64,000 bases of DNA, from the NCBI GenBank assembly GCA_020632535.1, contig JACKFJ010000002.1:382331-446330 (forward strand). The letters run 5' to 3'. The DNA comes from Candidatus Omnitrophota bacterium. Lineage in GTDB: Bacteria > Omnitrophota > Gorgyraeia > Zapsychrales > JANLHA01. Positions 46,826 to 56,463 of the stretch are shown piece after piece. The translations under genes and the position numbers were made by a program. The stretch's first letter is position 1. Each line of letters opens with the position of its first letter. The notes beneath the pieces are model-generated. The model did no database searches and had not been told where the DNA came from. It saw only the letters and a program-made list of their open reading frames with translations.

Positions 46826-47719
46826 ATGCCTTCAGAACTTTTGTCCTTTAAGCCTCTCGTTGATCGTTATTTGAAAGTTACATCTTCTTCTTTATCCGTA
46901 TTTTCATTTGCGAATATCTTTATTTGGCAGGATTTCTTTCGATTCCAATTCGACGAGATTGATGACAATTTGTGCATTTTTGCCAGTGATCAAGCGGGAA
47001 CATTTTTGTATGTGTCCCCGTTAGGGAAAATGATTAGTCGTAGGGCAGTGCAAGAATGCTTTGATCGAATGCAGAAGCTCAATAAAGCAAAGAGTGTCAC
47101 ACGCATTGAAAACGTAAGCGAGGAACAATTAAAATATTTTCCTGACACGGATTATAAAATTTACAGAAAAAGTTATGATTATATGTACTTTCGCAGAGAT
47201 TTGGTTCAGCTTAAGGGCGACGCGTATAAGTCGAAACGAAATGCGTATAATCATTTTGCAAAGAATTATCCCGCGACATATCGGCCGTATGAGCCATCGT
47301 TGGCTAAGCAATGTATGGACTTGTATGAAGATTGGGCAAAAGCCAAACGTTTAACGCTTAAAGATGATGTCGACCTTTTTATGCTTGAAGATAGTAAGAT
47401 CGTACACCGACGAGTTTTGGAGTCTTTTGCGGCGTTGGATTTGATTGGTCGTGTTGTGGAAGTTGATGGCAAAGTTGTCGCGTATACGTTTGGATATTTT
47501 CTCAATGAAAAAACGTTTTGTGACCTTTTGGAAATTGCTGATAAAAAATATAGCGGTCTTGCGACATATGTTTTTTATCAGTTCTGTAATGATTCGGTTT
47601 TAGCCAATGTAAAATTTATTAATGTCATGGATGATTTCGCGATTAAAAGTGTCAATCGCGTCAAAATGTCGTTTCGTCCCAGTTTGAAATTGCCGGCGTA
47701 TGTGGTCAGCCGGCTTTAA
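46826..47719 (+). CDS. Stand-alone DUF2156 protein (aminoacyl-phosphatidylglycerol synthase C-terminal transferase-like fold)
   Basis: SFANIFIWQDFFRFQF...LCIF, YDYMYFRRDLVQLKGDAYKSKRNAYNHFAKNYP, GRVVEVDGKVVAYTFGY and RVKMSFRP match the conserved blocks I recall for PF09924. Confidence 0.65.
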   Translation: MPSELLSFKPLVDRYLKVTSSSLSVFSFANIFIWQDFFRFQFDEIDDNLCIFASDQAGTFLYVSPLGKMISRRAVQECFDRMQKLNKAKSVTRIENVSEEQLKYFPDTDYKIYRKSYDYMYFRRDLVQLKGDAYKSKRNAYNHFAKNYPATYRPYEPSLAKQCMDLYEDWAKAKRLTLKDDVDLFMLEDSKIVHRRVLESFAALDLIGRVVEVDGKVVAYTFGYFLNEKTFCDLLEIADKKYSGLATYVFYQFCNDSVLANVKFINVMDDFAIKSVNRVKMSFRPSLKLPAYVVSRL

Positions 47720-47726
47720 ATAAAAT

Positions 47727-49085
47727 ATGGAAGTACGAATATATAATTTGCATGTGGATCCGTTGGCGCTTGTCAGGGCTTTTGACGGGACGGCGGGGAT
47801 TTTCTTGCTTGAAAGCAGTATGCGACAGGCAGAACGTGGACGCTATTCTTTTTTTGGATGCGATCCTTTTGTGACGATTTCCGGCGATGATTTAAACGCT
47901 TTTGAAAATTTAAAGAAAAATTACAAGCGGTTTGAGAAGAAAACAGTGATCGGCCATACGCCTTTTTCGAGTGGTCTTGTTGGTTATTTGAGTTATGATT
48001 TTGGCCTGCAATTTGAAAATATTAAGAGTCGTCGCAAGGATCATCATGGTCTTCCGGGATTTTTGTTCGGCTTTTATGATTGTGTTATAACGATTGATCA
48101 CTATAAGAGAAAGGTGATTGTGAGTTCAACGGGTTTGCCGGAGACGAAGAGTCTTTTGCGTAAGAAACGTGCTCAATCTCGTTTAGCGAGTATCGAAAAA
48201 GTTTTATCAACTTTAGAATCAACGGTAAATTTTAAATCACCCAAGACACGCGCGAATTTTAGACTTCGCAGCAATTTTACGAAAGCGGGTTTTTGTGGCG
48301 CGGCACAAAAGGTATTGGATCACATTTGTACCGGTGATATTTATCAGGCTAATTTGGCGCAGGAATTTTCGAGTCAATTTGTACAGCCTGTGGACGCGAC
48401 AAGGTTATATCATGTTTTGCGCAAGCTTTCTCCGTCATGCTTTAGTGGTTATCTTGATATCGGTCGTTCGCAGATTGTCAGTTCGTCTCCAGAATTATTT
48501 TTGCGATTGCGCAAGGGAATAGCTCAAACACGTCCCATGAAAGGGACGCGGCCGCGCGGACAAACCATTATTCGGGATCGGAAATTAAATACGCAATTAT
48601 TGCGAAATGTTAAGGAAAAGGCTGAACTGCTCATGGTTACGGATTTGGAGCGCAATGATTTGGGTCGTGTCTGTGATTATGGATCGGTACGAGTTCAGAA
48701 AATTCGTGAGATTGAAAAATATCGAACAGTTTATCAGGCTACGGCAACTGTGACGGGTAAATTGGCAAAAAATAAAAATGGTTTTGATCTTATTTCAGCT
48801 TGTTTTCCAAGCGGATCGGTTACCGGCTGTCCTAAAATTCGCGCGATGGAAATTATTGATAAGCTTGAAAATTCTCGACGGGGCATTTATACTGGGGCAT
48901 TGGGTTATATGAGCTTTAATGGTGATATGGAGTTTAATGTCCTTATTCGCACGATGTTGGTGACAGGAAACAATGTCCAATTCCATGTTGGGAGTGGCAT
49001 TGTCGCGGATTCTCGACCACAAAGAGAATATGAAGAGACTCTGGTTAAGGCCCGTGCTTTAAAAGAAAGTTTGAGGATGATTTGA
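47727..49085 (+). CDS. pabB: Aminodeoxychorismate synthase component I (chorismate-binding enzyme)
   Basis: Chorismate-binding C-domain motifs SSPELFLR, MKGTRPRG, LMVTDLERNDLG and FPSGSVTGCPKIRAMEII, followed by pabC. Confidence 0.8.
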   Translation: MEVRIYNLHVDPLALVRAFDGTAGIFLLESSMRQAERGRYSFFGCDPFVTISGDDLNAFENLKKNYKRFEKKTVIGHTPFSSGLVGYLSYDFGLQFENIKSRRKDHHGLPGFLFGFYDCVITIDHYKRKVIVSSTGLPETKSLLRKKRAQSRLASIEKVLSTLESTVNFKSPKTRANFRLRSNFTKAGFCGAAQKVLDHICTGDIYQANLAQEFSSQFVQPVDATRLYHVLRKLSPSCFSGYLDIGRSQIVSSSPELFLRLRKGIAQTRPMKGTRPRGQTIIRDRKLNTQLLRNVKEKAELLMVTDLERNDLGRVCDYGSVRVQKIREIEKYRTVYQATATVTGKLAKNKNGFDLISACFPSGSVTGCPKIRAMEIIDKLENSRRGIYTGALGYMSFNGDMEFNVLIRTMLVTGNNVQFHVGSGIVADSRPQREYEETLVKARALKESLRMI

Positions 49086-49086
49086 T

Positions 49087-49935
49087 ATGAAAAATTTAAC
49101 AATATTTTTGGATGGTAAATATCAAACAATTTTACCATCGGCGATGAAAGCTATGACACCGGGATTTTTGCGTGGGTTGGGAGTTTTTGAGACATTATTG
49201 TGCGAAAAGCAAAGGGTGCACTTTTTCAGGGAACATTATCAGCGCTTTGTGCATGGGTGTGACCGCTATATTTTGCCTAAACCAGTCGCGAGTAAAAATA
49301 TGCGTCAGATTGTGGCTAAGCTTTTGCAGCAAAACAAAATTAAAGACGGACGGGTACGGTTTGCGGCGTGGCGAAAAGGCAGTGATTTACATTTTTCTGT
49401 AGCTGTGTTCCCGCGCAAGGCTTTTTCAGAGTCCGTTTACCGTCGAGGATTTTCTGCTTGTGTTTATTCGCGTCCGCTTAATCGTCCAAGCCAATTGCAT
49501 AAGATCAAAAGTCTTGATTATGGATTTTTTCTTAAGGCTTATGAATTCGCCCTGAAACATCATTATGAAGAAGCTATTCTTTTGAATTCGCAGGGGCAAA
49601 TTATCGAAGGCAGTCGAAGCAATATGTTTTTTGTGAAAGATCGTAAACTTTTTACACCATCATTGTCAACAGGCTGCCTCAACGGGATCACGCGTCAGGC
49701 GGTTTTAAAAATTGCCAAAACCATTGGTATTAAGACAGCCAACGTGAATTGTGGTGTTTCAGACTTACAAGGTAGCGACGAAGCTTTTTTAACCAATTCT
49801 TTGGTTGGTATTATGCCTTTGACATATTTTCAGAGTTACAAAATTGGAGACGGACGGCCCGGACGATTGACGCTTAAGCTCACAAAAAGTTATAAAAAAT
49901 TAAGCCAAGGCCGCAGCACTTTTGTGGTAGGATAG
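49087..49935 (+). CDS. pabC: Aminodeoxychorismate lyase (class IV aminotransferase fold)
   Basis: GLGVFETL, EGSRSNMFFV and LNGITRQ motifs; 2-nt gap after pabB. Confidence 0.75.
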   Translation: MKNLTIFLDGKYQTILPSAMKAMTPGFLRGLGVFETLLCEKQRVHFFREHYQRFVHGCDRYILPKPVASKNMRQIVAKLLQQNKIKDGRVRFAAWRKGSDLHFSVAVFPRKAFSESVYRRGFSACVYSRPLNRPSQLHKIKSLDYGFFLKAYEFALKHHYEEAILLNSQGQIIEGSRSNMFFVKDRKLFTPSLSTGCLNGITRQAVLKIAKTIGIKTANVNCGVSDLQGSDEAFLTNSLVGIMPLTYFQSYKIGDGRPGRLTLKLTKSYKKLSQGRSTFVVG

Positions 49936-49978
49936 ACCCAATAAAATTGACCATGAGGATCTCAAAAGGAGACGCACG

Positions 49979-50956
49979 ATGCGATTCGTGAAAACTTTTT
50001 TCATTTGTTTATTTATGATTTTGGGTGTAACGCTCTGTGTGCAGGCCCAGGAAGATTTGGATATTTCTTCGACCGACGCTCGATCATTGAGCAATCCGCA
50101 ATGGCAGAAGACAATTGATCAAATTACCGCTGAGACGCAGTCTTTGATGAAGGAAAACGAAAAATTAAGTTCAGAATACGAATTCCTGCAGGAGAAAGTT
50201 GCGGGTCTCAAGGCTGAATTAACTAAGACAAAAGCGCAAGTCAAAGTTTTGCAATCTTCGAAACAGAAAATTAGTAAGGTCATGAAGGACTCGGGTAAAA
50301 ATGATCCTGACGCCAAAGCCAAGATGGACGATTTACAAAATGAGATTGACGCCATCGAGTCTGAAAATAAAGATTTGGAAAAGCAGCTTTTGGATATTCA
50401 AGAAAAGAATCGCTTATGGAAAATTCAGGCTTCTAAATTAGAAAACCAAAAGCGTGATGCTGTGATGGACACTGGTTATGCGCAAGCGACGAGTGAAGCT
50501 GAAACTAAGGATTTACAGAATCAGCTTCAAAGTGCGTTAGCGAAGGAAAAAGAATTGGTTGCGGCTTTAGCGCGTGTGACGGCAGAGAATGAAGCGCGGC
50601 CCAAACAAGCCGTTGATTTGAGAAAAAAGAATCGTGATCTCGAGGATCGTTTAAAGATTTTAAAGAGACAAATTGTCGCGCAAGAAAAGAAAAATGAAAA
50701 ATTGCAGAGATCAGCTAAGAAAGTTAAGGGGAATTCTAAGGGGGTATCTGGTGATTTGGTCAGACAGAAAAAAGCTTTAGAAGCTGAAATTGCCAGCTTG
50801 ACTAGTCAGTTGGATTCTGTCAGCAAGACCGTGGGACAATCAAGGGAAGTTTTAGAGAAAAAGCGCATGCTTATGGATCAGATCATGCGTCTTGATGCTG
50901 AAAATCAAGAATTGCGTTCCAAGATTGACGCGATGCATTCTACACAGTCTGAATAA
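49979..50956 (+). CDS. Secreted coiled-coil protein (325 aa)
   Basis: Signal peptide MRFVKTFFICLFMILGVTLCVQA, followed by heptad-rich K/E/Q/L sequence throughout. Confidence 0.6.
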   Translation: MRFVKTFFICLFMILGVTLCVQAQEDLDISSTDARSLSNPQWQKTIDQITAETQSLMKENEKLSSEYEFLQEKVAGLKAELTKTKAQVKVLQSSKQKISKVMKDSGKNDPDAKAKMDDLQNEIDAIESENKDLEKQLLDIQEKNRLWKIQASKLENQKRDAVMDTGYAQATSEAETKDLQNQLQSALAKEKELVAALARVTAENEARPKQAVDLRKKNRDLEDRLKILKRQIVAQEKKNEKLQRSAKKVKGNSKGVSGDLVRQKKALEAEIASLTSQLDSVSKTVGQSREVLEKKRMLMDQIMRLDAENQELRSKIDAMHSTQSE

Positions 50957-50964
50957 GGGGGAAA

Positions 50965-51453
50965 ATGATGGATGATATTTTAGAAATTTTAGCGAACGAT
51001 GCGCGCGTGACGCCGCACGAAATTGCCAAAATGACCCGTCGTAAAGCCGCTGACATCAAAAAGGCGATAAAAAAATACGAAGACGATGGCACAATTATCA
51101 AATATAAAGCGGTTTTAGATTTAGACAAAACCCGCGGCCAGTCGTCGTTTGTGCGCGCTTTAATTGAAGTTAATATCACGCCGCAGAAAGATGTCGGGTT
51201 TGATAATGTGGCGGAGCGAATTTATAGTTTTACGGAAGTAACCAGCTGTTATTTGGTGTCCGGCGCTTATGATCTTCTTGTTATTGTTGAGGGAGCAAAC
51301 ATTCATACGGTTTCAAATTTTGTCGCTTCTAAACTTTCTTCGATGGAAGGTGTCCAAAGAACGTCGACGCATTTTTTATTGAAGAAGTATAAGGAAGATG
51401 GTCAGATTTTGAAAAAAGTCAATAGCCGCAAACGCTTAGCCATATCGTACTAA
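50965..51453 (+). CDS. Lrp/AsnC-family transcriptional regulator
   Basis: N-terminal HTH (ILEILANDARVTPHEIAKMT) and a C-terminal RAM/AsnC_trans_reg domain (ALIEVNITP...VTSCYLVSGAYDLLVIVE). Confidence 0.85.
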   Translation: MMDDILEILANDARVTPHEIAKMTRRKAADIKKAIKKYEDDGTIIKYKAVLDLDKTRGQSSFVRALIEVNITPQKDVGFDNVAERIYSFTEVTSCYLVSGAYDLLVIVEGANIHTVSNFVASKLSSMEGVQRTSTHFLLKKYKEDGQILKKVNSRKRLAISY

Positions 51454-51460
51454 GACATAT

Positions 51461-52636
51461 ATGAAAATCGCAAAACGTGTTGAACAGTTAGCCCCGTCGG
51501 GCATTCGTGCTTTTTTTGACCTCGTCTTAGGGATGAAGGACGTCATTTCTCTGGGTGTCGGTGAGCCGGATTTTATCACGCCGTGGCAGATTCGTGAAAA
51601 GGCAATCAGCTCTTTAGAGAAAGGGTATACATCATATACTTCCAATAAAGGCATGCCCGAGTTGCGTCGAGAGATCAATACCTTTTTGGGTCAACGCTAT
51701 GGCCTTTCTTACGATTATAATGAGGAAATTTTAATTACCGTTGGCGTCAGCGAAGGACTGGATCTTGCGTTTCGCGCGATTCTTAATCCCGGCGATAAGG
51801 TGTTGATTCACGATCCGTGTTATGTGTCTTACGCGCCGGTTGTGACATTAGCGGGTGGAGAAGCGGTGATGATTAAAACCGATCTTTCTACGGGATTTAA
51901 ATTGACGCCAAAAGTTATTGAAGCTTATTGCACCAAGGGTGTGAAGGCCCTTATGATTAATTATCCATGTAATCCGACGGGAACTTCTTATACCAAAAAA
52001 GAATTGCAAGCGATTGCGCAGATTGTGCACAAGCATGATTTGATCGTAATCAGTGATGAAGTTTATGATGAATTGACTTACGATTTTGATCATACGCCCT
52101 TTGCTTCACTTAAAGGAATGAAAGAGCGTACGATTTATCTCAATGGTTTTTCGAAAGCTTATGCCATGACTGGGTTTCGCTTAGGCTGGGCTGCGGGTCC
52201 GGCAGAAATTATTGCGGGCATGACCAAAATTCATCAGTACACTATGTTGTGCGCATCAATTACAGCACAAATGGCGGCTTTGGAAGCCTTAAAAACGGGA
52301 TTTAAAGATATTGCCATCATGAAGCGTGAATATCATCGCCGCCGCAATTATATTGTTGGCGCTTTGAATGATCTTGGTTTGCCGTGCCATATGCCGCAGG
52401 GCGCGTTTTATGTTTTTCCATCGATTAAGAAGACTGGCATGAAGTCTATGGATTTTGCTAAAGGTCTATTGCAATCTCAAAAAGTGGCTTTGGTGCCCGG
52501 GAGTGCTTTTGGTGAGAATTTGGATGATTTTATTCGCATTTCTTACGCGTCAAGTTATGACAATTTAAAAGAAGCTATCGCGCGAATTAAAGAATATTTG
52601 AAAGAGAATCGACATGGTAAAAAAACGAAGCGATGA
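51461..52636 (+). CDS. Pyridoxal-phosphate-dependent aminotransferase, class I/II (AspC-like)
   Basis: NYPCNPTG, ISDEVYDEL, SKAYAMTGFRLGW (PLP lysine) and RISYA motifs. Confidence 0.9.
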   Translation: MKIAKRVEQLAPSGIRAFFDLVLGMKDVISLGVGEPDFITPWQIREKAISSLEKGYTSYTSNKGMPELRREINTFLGQRYGLSYDYNEEILITVGVSEGLDLAFRAILNPGDKVLIHDPCYVSYAPVVTLAGGEAVMIKTDLSTGFKLTPKVIEAYCTKGVKALMINYPCNPTGTSYTKKELQAIAQIVHKHDLIVISDEVYDELTYDFDHTPFASLKGMKERTIYLNGFSKAYAMTGFRLGWAAGPAEIIAGMTKIHQYTMLCASITAQMAALEALKTGFKDIAIMKREYHRRRNYIVGALNDLGLPCHMPQGAFYVFPSIKKTGMKSMDFAKGLLQSQKVALVPGSAFGENLDDFIRISYASSYDNLKEAIARIKEYLKENRHGKKTKR

Positions 52637-53006
52637 TACGGATTTTGAAATCCGTTTTTATGAAGACATTTTGAGGGAAAAGCCAGACTTTATTGAAGTC
52701 TTAATCGCCATAGGTGATTTGTATACAAAAAAAGGTTTGACCGAAAAGGGCTTGGACGCGGATTTGCGTCTTTCCCGTTTGCGTCCAGATGATGCGATGG
52801 TGCTTTATAATCTTGCCTGCAGTTATTCTCTTATGCAGGATGTTGACAAAGCGTTTGGCGCGATTAAGCTTGCCCTTGAGTGTGGATATGATGATTTGAA
52901 TTATCTTGAGGTTGATGATGATTTAGAGCATTTGCGTAAAGATGAGCGTTTTCAGGAATACTTTAGCCGTATCCGTCGGGAAAAAGTTCCGCAAACCAAG
53001 TCGTGA
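52614..53006 (+). CDS. Small TPR-like protein
   Basis: 130-aa ORF overlapping both neighbours. Helical-repeat pattern (LIAIGDLYTKKGLTEKGL..., VLYNLACSYSLMQDVDKAFGAIKLALECGY). Confidence 0.5.
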   Translation: MVKKRSDDTDFEIRFYEDILREKPDFIEVLIAIGDLYTKKGLTEKGLDADLRLSRLRPDDAMVLYNLACSYSLMQDVDKAFGAIKLALECGYDDLNYLEVDDDLEHLRKDERFQEYFSRIRREKVPQTKS

Positions 53007-55846
53007 TGAAAATTTTGTCATCCCCCCGTCTTTATTTCCTGATTTTATTCTTTATCTGTCTAGCCGTTTCTTCCGCGTTTTGCCAAACACCACCGCAGTA
53101 CGATATTAAAGCCAACGTTGATGTCATTAGCAAAGAAATTGTCGCCCAACAAAGCACAACTTGGACCAATGATAGTTCGTCAGAGGTCAGTGATCTTGTT
53201 TTTCATATCTATCCCAACCGCAAATATTCGAAAAAAGAAAAAAATTTGCTGTGGCGGTTTGCGGGTTATTTTAAGGTCAATCCTTTTCCAAATGGTTTTC
53301 AAACCGGCAGCATGGAAATTGTTTCTGTTGAGCAAGACGGTCAAGATTTAAAAACTGTAATTGAAGGTGCGGATCAAACTATTTTGAAAGTCAATTTATT
53401 GCGGCCATTGCAGTCTGGAGAAACAGCGCAGGTTGTAATCAACTTCGACGTCGATATCCCTCATATCGCGTTGGGGCGTTTTGGTTGGAATGACAATGTT
53501 TTTCGTTTTTCACGTTGGTATCCTATCCTTAGCGTTTATGAAAATGAAAAGGGCTGGAACAAAAATCCTTTTTATCCCTTTCATCGACCGTTTTTTAGCG
53601 AGGCTTCTTTATACACTGTTTCTTTGACAATCCCACAAGATCAGGTTGTGGCTCATACCGGGAATATGAATTTCCAAAGAATCAATGATGACGGTACAAA
53701 GATCGAGGGATACGAAACCCTCGACCCTGTTCGTGAGTTTACGTTTGCGATGAGTTCGGATTACAAAGTGCTGGTAAAAGATTTTGAAGGCATCCAAATG
53801 CAGTCGTTTTATTTGTCCGGTGGTGAAAACAGCGCGCAGGCCGCGCTTGCGTCCGCGGAAAGTCTCATGAAATTTTACAGCAAACAATTTGGAAAATATC
53901 CTTACGACGCATTTAGTGTCGCGCCGGTAGATTTAGGATACGGCGGAGAACAGATGTCGAATTTGATTTTTATTGATCGCCGCGCGTATCAAATGCCGGG
54001 CATGATGAAACGCTATTTTGATTTTCTTGTCAGCCACGAAACAGGCCATCAATGGTTTTATAATTTGGTTGGTGTCGATGAGTATAAGGAAATGTGGCTT
54101 GAAGAAGGACTGAATTCTTATTTTATCGAGCAATATTTGGTGCAGGAATATGGGGAGAATGGCGAAGTCATTGATTTTCCAAAGTGGTTTAATAAATTCG
54201 AATGGGTTTTTCCTAAGTTGACATTTAAGAACACGCGCGACACGCGTTATAAGATGATCGCGCGTATGGGCAAGGATCATGAAATTGTCAGCAGGCTTTC
54301 AAGTTTTAGTGAACCGAGCGCGATTTTTTCTGTGACATACGGTAAGGGCGCCCGTGTCGTGGGAATGCTTAAGTATTACATTGGCGACGAGGCTTTTGAG
54401 AGAGTTTTTCGAAGAATATTTGCAGAGTATCGTTATAAAAATTTGCGTGTCGTAGATTTTATTCGTATTTGCGAAGAGGAAAGCGGACAGAATTTAGAAA
54501 GTTTTTTTGAGCCGTGGCTTTATGGTGACAAGCAGTTTAATTATAGTGTTGCGGGTGTGAATGGACATACTGTGACTTTGAAAAATAAAGGTGGAATCCA
54601 TATTCCCGCGGAAGTCAAAGTGACATATGTTGATCAAACAACAGAGAAATTCATTTGGAGGGGCGCGCCGGCGACGGAAGATCTTGTTTTAGGTCATCCT
54701 GCAAAGATTACGCGAGTTGATATTGATTCCGATGGTAAATTATTGGACATTGACCGTACGGATAATCATTGGCCGCGTCAATTGCACGCGAAAGTGGTAC
54801 CGCTATATTTGGGGCTTTACGAAATTCCCGCTTTTTTGCCGGATGATGGATATTCTTTGATCGTCGGGCCAGAGTTGGCTAACAATGGCTTTGGGCTCAA
54901 GGCGTCTTTGCAAAAACCATATGATCAGATTTTATACGCGGGGAGTGATTATGAGTTTGGCGAAGAATTATTGCATTCGCGAGTGGGTTATCAGCTTAAA
55001 AATGTTTTTAATACACAGATGGTTTTTGGAACAGAAATTTCGAATACGACCGATTATAAAGATGGTGATGATGACTTGGTTAGTGGTAAAGTTTATTTGC
55101 GCCGTGAACTTTGGCCGGCACAATATAGTTTGTCGGACATGAACGATCACGTCTCGCTTTATTTAGTGCGTAATCAAAGCATCAATGATGGTGCGGATTT
55201 TTTGTCTGGCCGCGAAGGCATACGCAACACGGATTATGGTCGTCGCAAGGAAGCTGTTGTGGGAACGGCTCTGCATTTGGATCGCAGCGGTACATCGCCG
55301 GATCCACGTCAAGGTTATAAGTTGGATGCTTTTGCGGAAAATGCCGGACATTTCCTCGGAGCGACGCAGGCATTTTCCCGTGCCGCACTTGATGTGGGGA
55401 CATATATTCCGGTTACGACAAAAACGAAAGCCGCACTGCGGATCAAGTACGGTGCAGGTTATCCTGATGATAAATCTCTGTTTTTTATTGGTGGTATGGA
55501 TGGATTACGTGGATATGATCGCAAAACGGTGCGTGGGGCGAATATGCTTTTGGGCAGCTTGGAATATCGTTTTCCGATTCTTGAAAATTTAAAATTATCA
55601 TTTTTAGATCATATTCTGGGCTTAGAAACAATCGGTGGGGTTGTTTTTGCTGATGTCGGCGAAGCATGGTTTTCCGCGATTGATTCTTCACCGTTGCGAA
55701 AAGATGCGGGTTTTGGTTTGCGTTTGACAATGAACATAGGCGCTGTTTTTGAAAGAGTGATTGTTCGCGCGGATGTGGCGCAGGCGATCAATGATGATCG
55801 GGAAGATCATCCACGGTTTTGGTTGGGAATTAATCACGCGTTTTGA
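53003..55846 (+). CDS. Outer-membrane fusion protein: M1-family zinc metallopeptidase domain + Omp85/bacterial surface antigen (D15) beta-barrel
   Basis: Signal peptide. HETGHQWFYNLVG...WLEEGLNSY is the HExxH-x18-E motif. The C-terminal ~330 aa carry FFIGGMDGLRGYDRKTVRGANMLLGSLEYRFPI, FADVGEAW, AGFGLRL and a terminal ...GINHAF. Confidence 0.8.
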   Translation: MMKILSSPRLYFLILFFICLAVSSAFCQTPPQYDIKANVDVISKEIVAQQSTTWTNDSSSEVSDLVFHIYPNRKYSKKEKNLLWRFAGYFKVNPFPNGFQTGSMEIVSVEQDGQDLKTVIEGADQTILKVNLLRPLQSGETAQVVINFDVDIPHIALGRFGWNDNVFRFSRWYPILSVYENEKGWNKNPFYPFHRPFFSEASLYTVSLTIPQDQVVAHTGNMNFQRINDDGTKIEGYETLDPVREFTFAMSSDYKVLVKDFEGIQMQSFYLSGGENSAQAALASAESLMKFYSKQFGKYPYDAFSVAPVDLGYGGEQMSNLIFIDRRAYQMPGMMKRYFDFLVSHETGHQWFYNLVGVDEYKEMWLEEGLNSYFIEQYLVQEYGENGEVIDFPKWFNKFEWVFPKLTFKNTRDTRYKMIARMGKDHEIVSRLSSFSEPSAIFSVTYGKGARVVGMLKYYIGDEAFERVFRRIFAEYRYKNLRVVDFIRICEEESGQNLESFFEPWLYGDKQFNYSVAGVNGHTVTLKNKGGIHIPAEVKVTYVDQTTEKFIWRGAPATEDLVLGHPAKITRVDIDSDGKLLDIDRTDNHWPRQLHAKVVPLYLGLYEIPAFLPDDGYSLIVGPELANNGFGLKASLQKPYDQILYAGSDYEFGEELLHSRVGYQLKNVFNTQMVFGTEISNTTDYKDGDDDLVSGKVYLRRELWPAQYSLSDMNDHVSLYLVRNQSINDGADFLSGREGIRNTDYGRRKEAVVGTALHLDRSGTSPDPRQGYKLDAFAENAGHFLGATQAFSRAALDVGTYIPVTTKTKAALRIKYGAGYPDDKSLFFIGGMDGLRGYDRKTVRGANMLLGSLEYRFPILENLKLSFLDHILGLETIGGVVFADVGEAWFSAIDSSPLRKDAGFGLRLTMNIGAVFERVIVRADVAQAINDDREDHPRFWLGINHAF

Positions 55847-55851
55847 TTTAC

Positions 55852-55895
55852 CCCATTGCGAGGAGCCAATCAATTATTCAGGCGACGAAGCAATC
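55852..55895. repeat. Family A palindromic element, single arm with a 15-nt internal insertion
   Basis: cccattgcgaggagcc[aatcaattattcagg]cgacgaagcaatc, immediately after the 55846 stop. Confidence 0.7.
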
Positions 55896-55971
55896 GATAA
55901 TAGATGACGAACGAACTTGGATATACTCATTGTGTCTTGTTTATGAGTATTGAATTTTGGAGGAGAGTATC

Positions 55972-56391
55972 ATGAAGCATTTTCGTGAAGAATTATGGTT
56001 TAATACAGAAACCCGTCGGGCGTATATCAATATTACCCCAGAAGTACAAACCATTATTGATAAGAGTAAGATCAAAGAAGGTTTGTGTTTAGTTAATGCC
56101 ATGCATATTTCCGCGAGTGTTTATATCAATGATGATGAAAGCGGACTTTTGCATGATTATGATGTTTGGTTAGAAAAATTAGCACCGCACGCTCCGCCTT
56201 CACAGTATCGCCATAATGATACCGGTGAAGACAATGCGGACGCGCATTTGAAGCGTCAAGTCATGGGTCGCGAAGTTGTGGTCGCAATCACAAATGGTAA
56301 GTTGGACTTTGGGCCGTGGGAACAAATTTTTTACGGAGAATTTGATGGGCGCAGAAAGAAGCGAGTTTTAATTAAAATTATTGGCGAGTAA
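55972..56391 (+). CDS. yjbQ: YjbQ/UPF0047 family protein (secondary thiamine-phosphate synthase-like)
   Basis: [20 protein letters not shown]...[39 protein letters not shown] matches the YjbQ signature. GGAGG RBS before ATG 55972. Confidence 0.85.
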   Translation: MKHFREELWFNTETRRAYINITPEVQTIIDKSKIKEGLCLVNAMHISASVYINDDESGLLHDYDVWLEKLAPHAPPSQYRHNDTGEDNADAHLKRQVMGREVVVAITNGKLDFGPWEQIFYGEFDGRRKKRVLIKIIGE

Positions 56392-56392
56392 G

Positions 56393-56418
56393 CAATTGCG
56401 GCCGCGCGGCCGCAATTG
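56393..56418. terminator. Perfect 26-nt GC-rich palindrome (possible bidirectional terminator/hairpin)
   Basis: caattgcggccgc|gcggccgcaattg directly after the yjbQ stop. There is no clear T-tract. Confidence 0.35.
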
Positions 56419-56463
56419 GAATTGTGTCGGTCTAATTGTCTTTTGCAAAGTAAAGGAGTTTTT

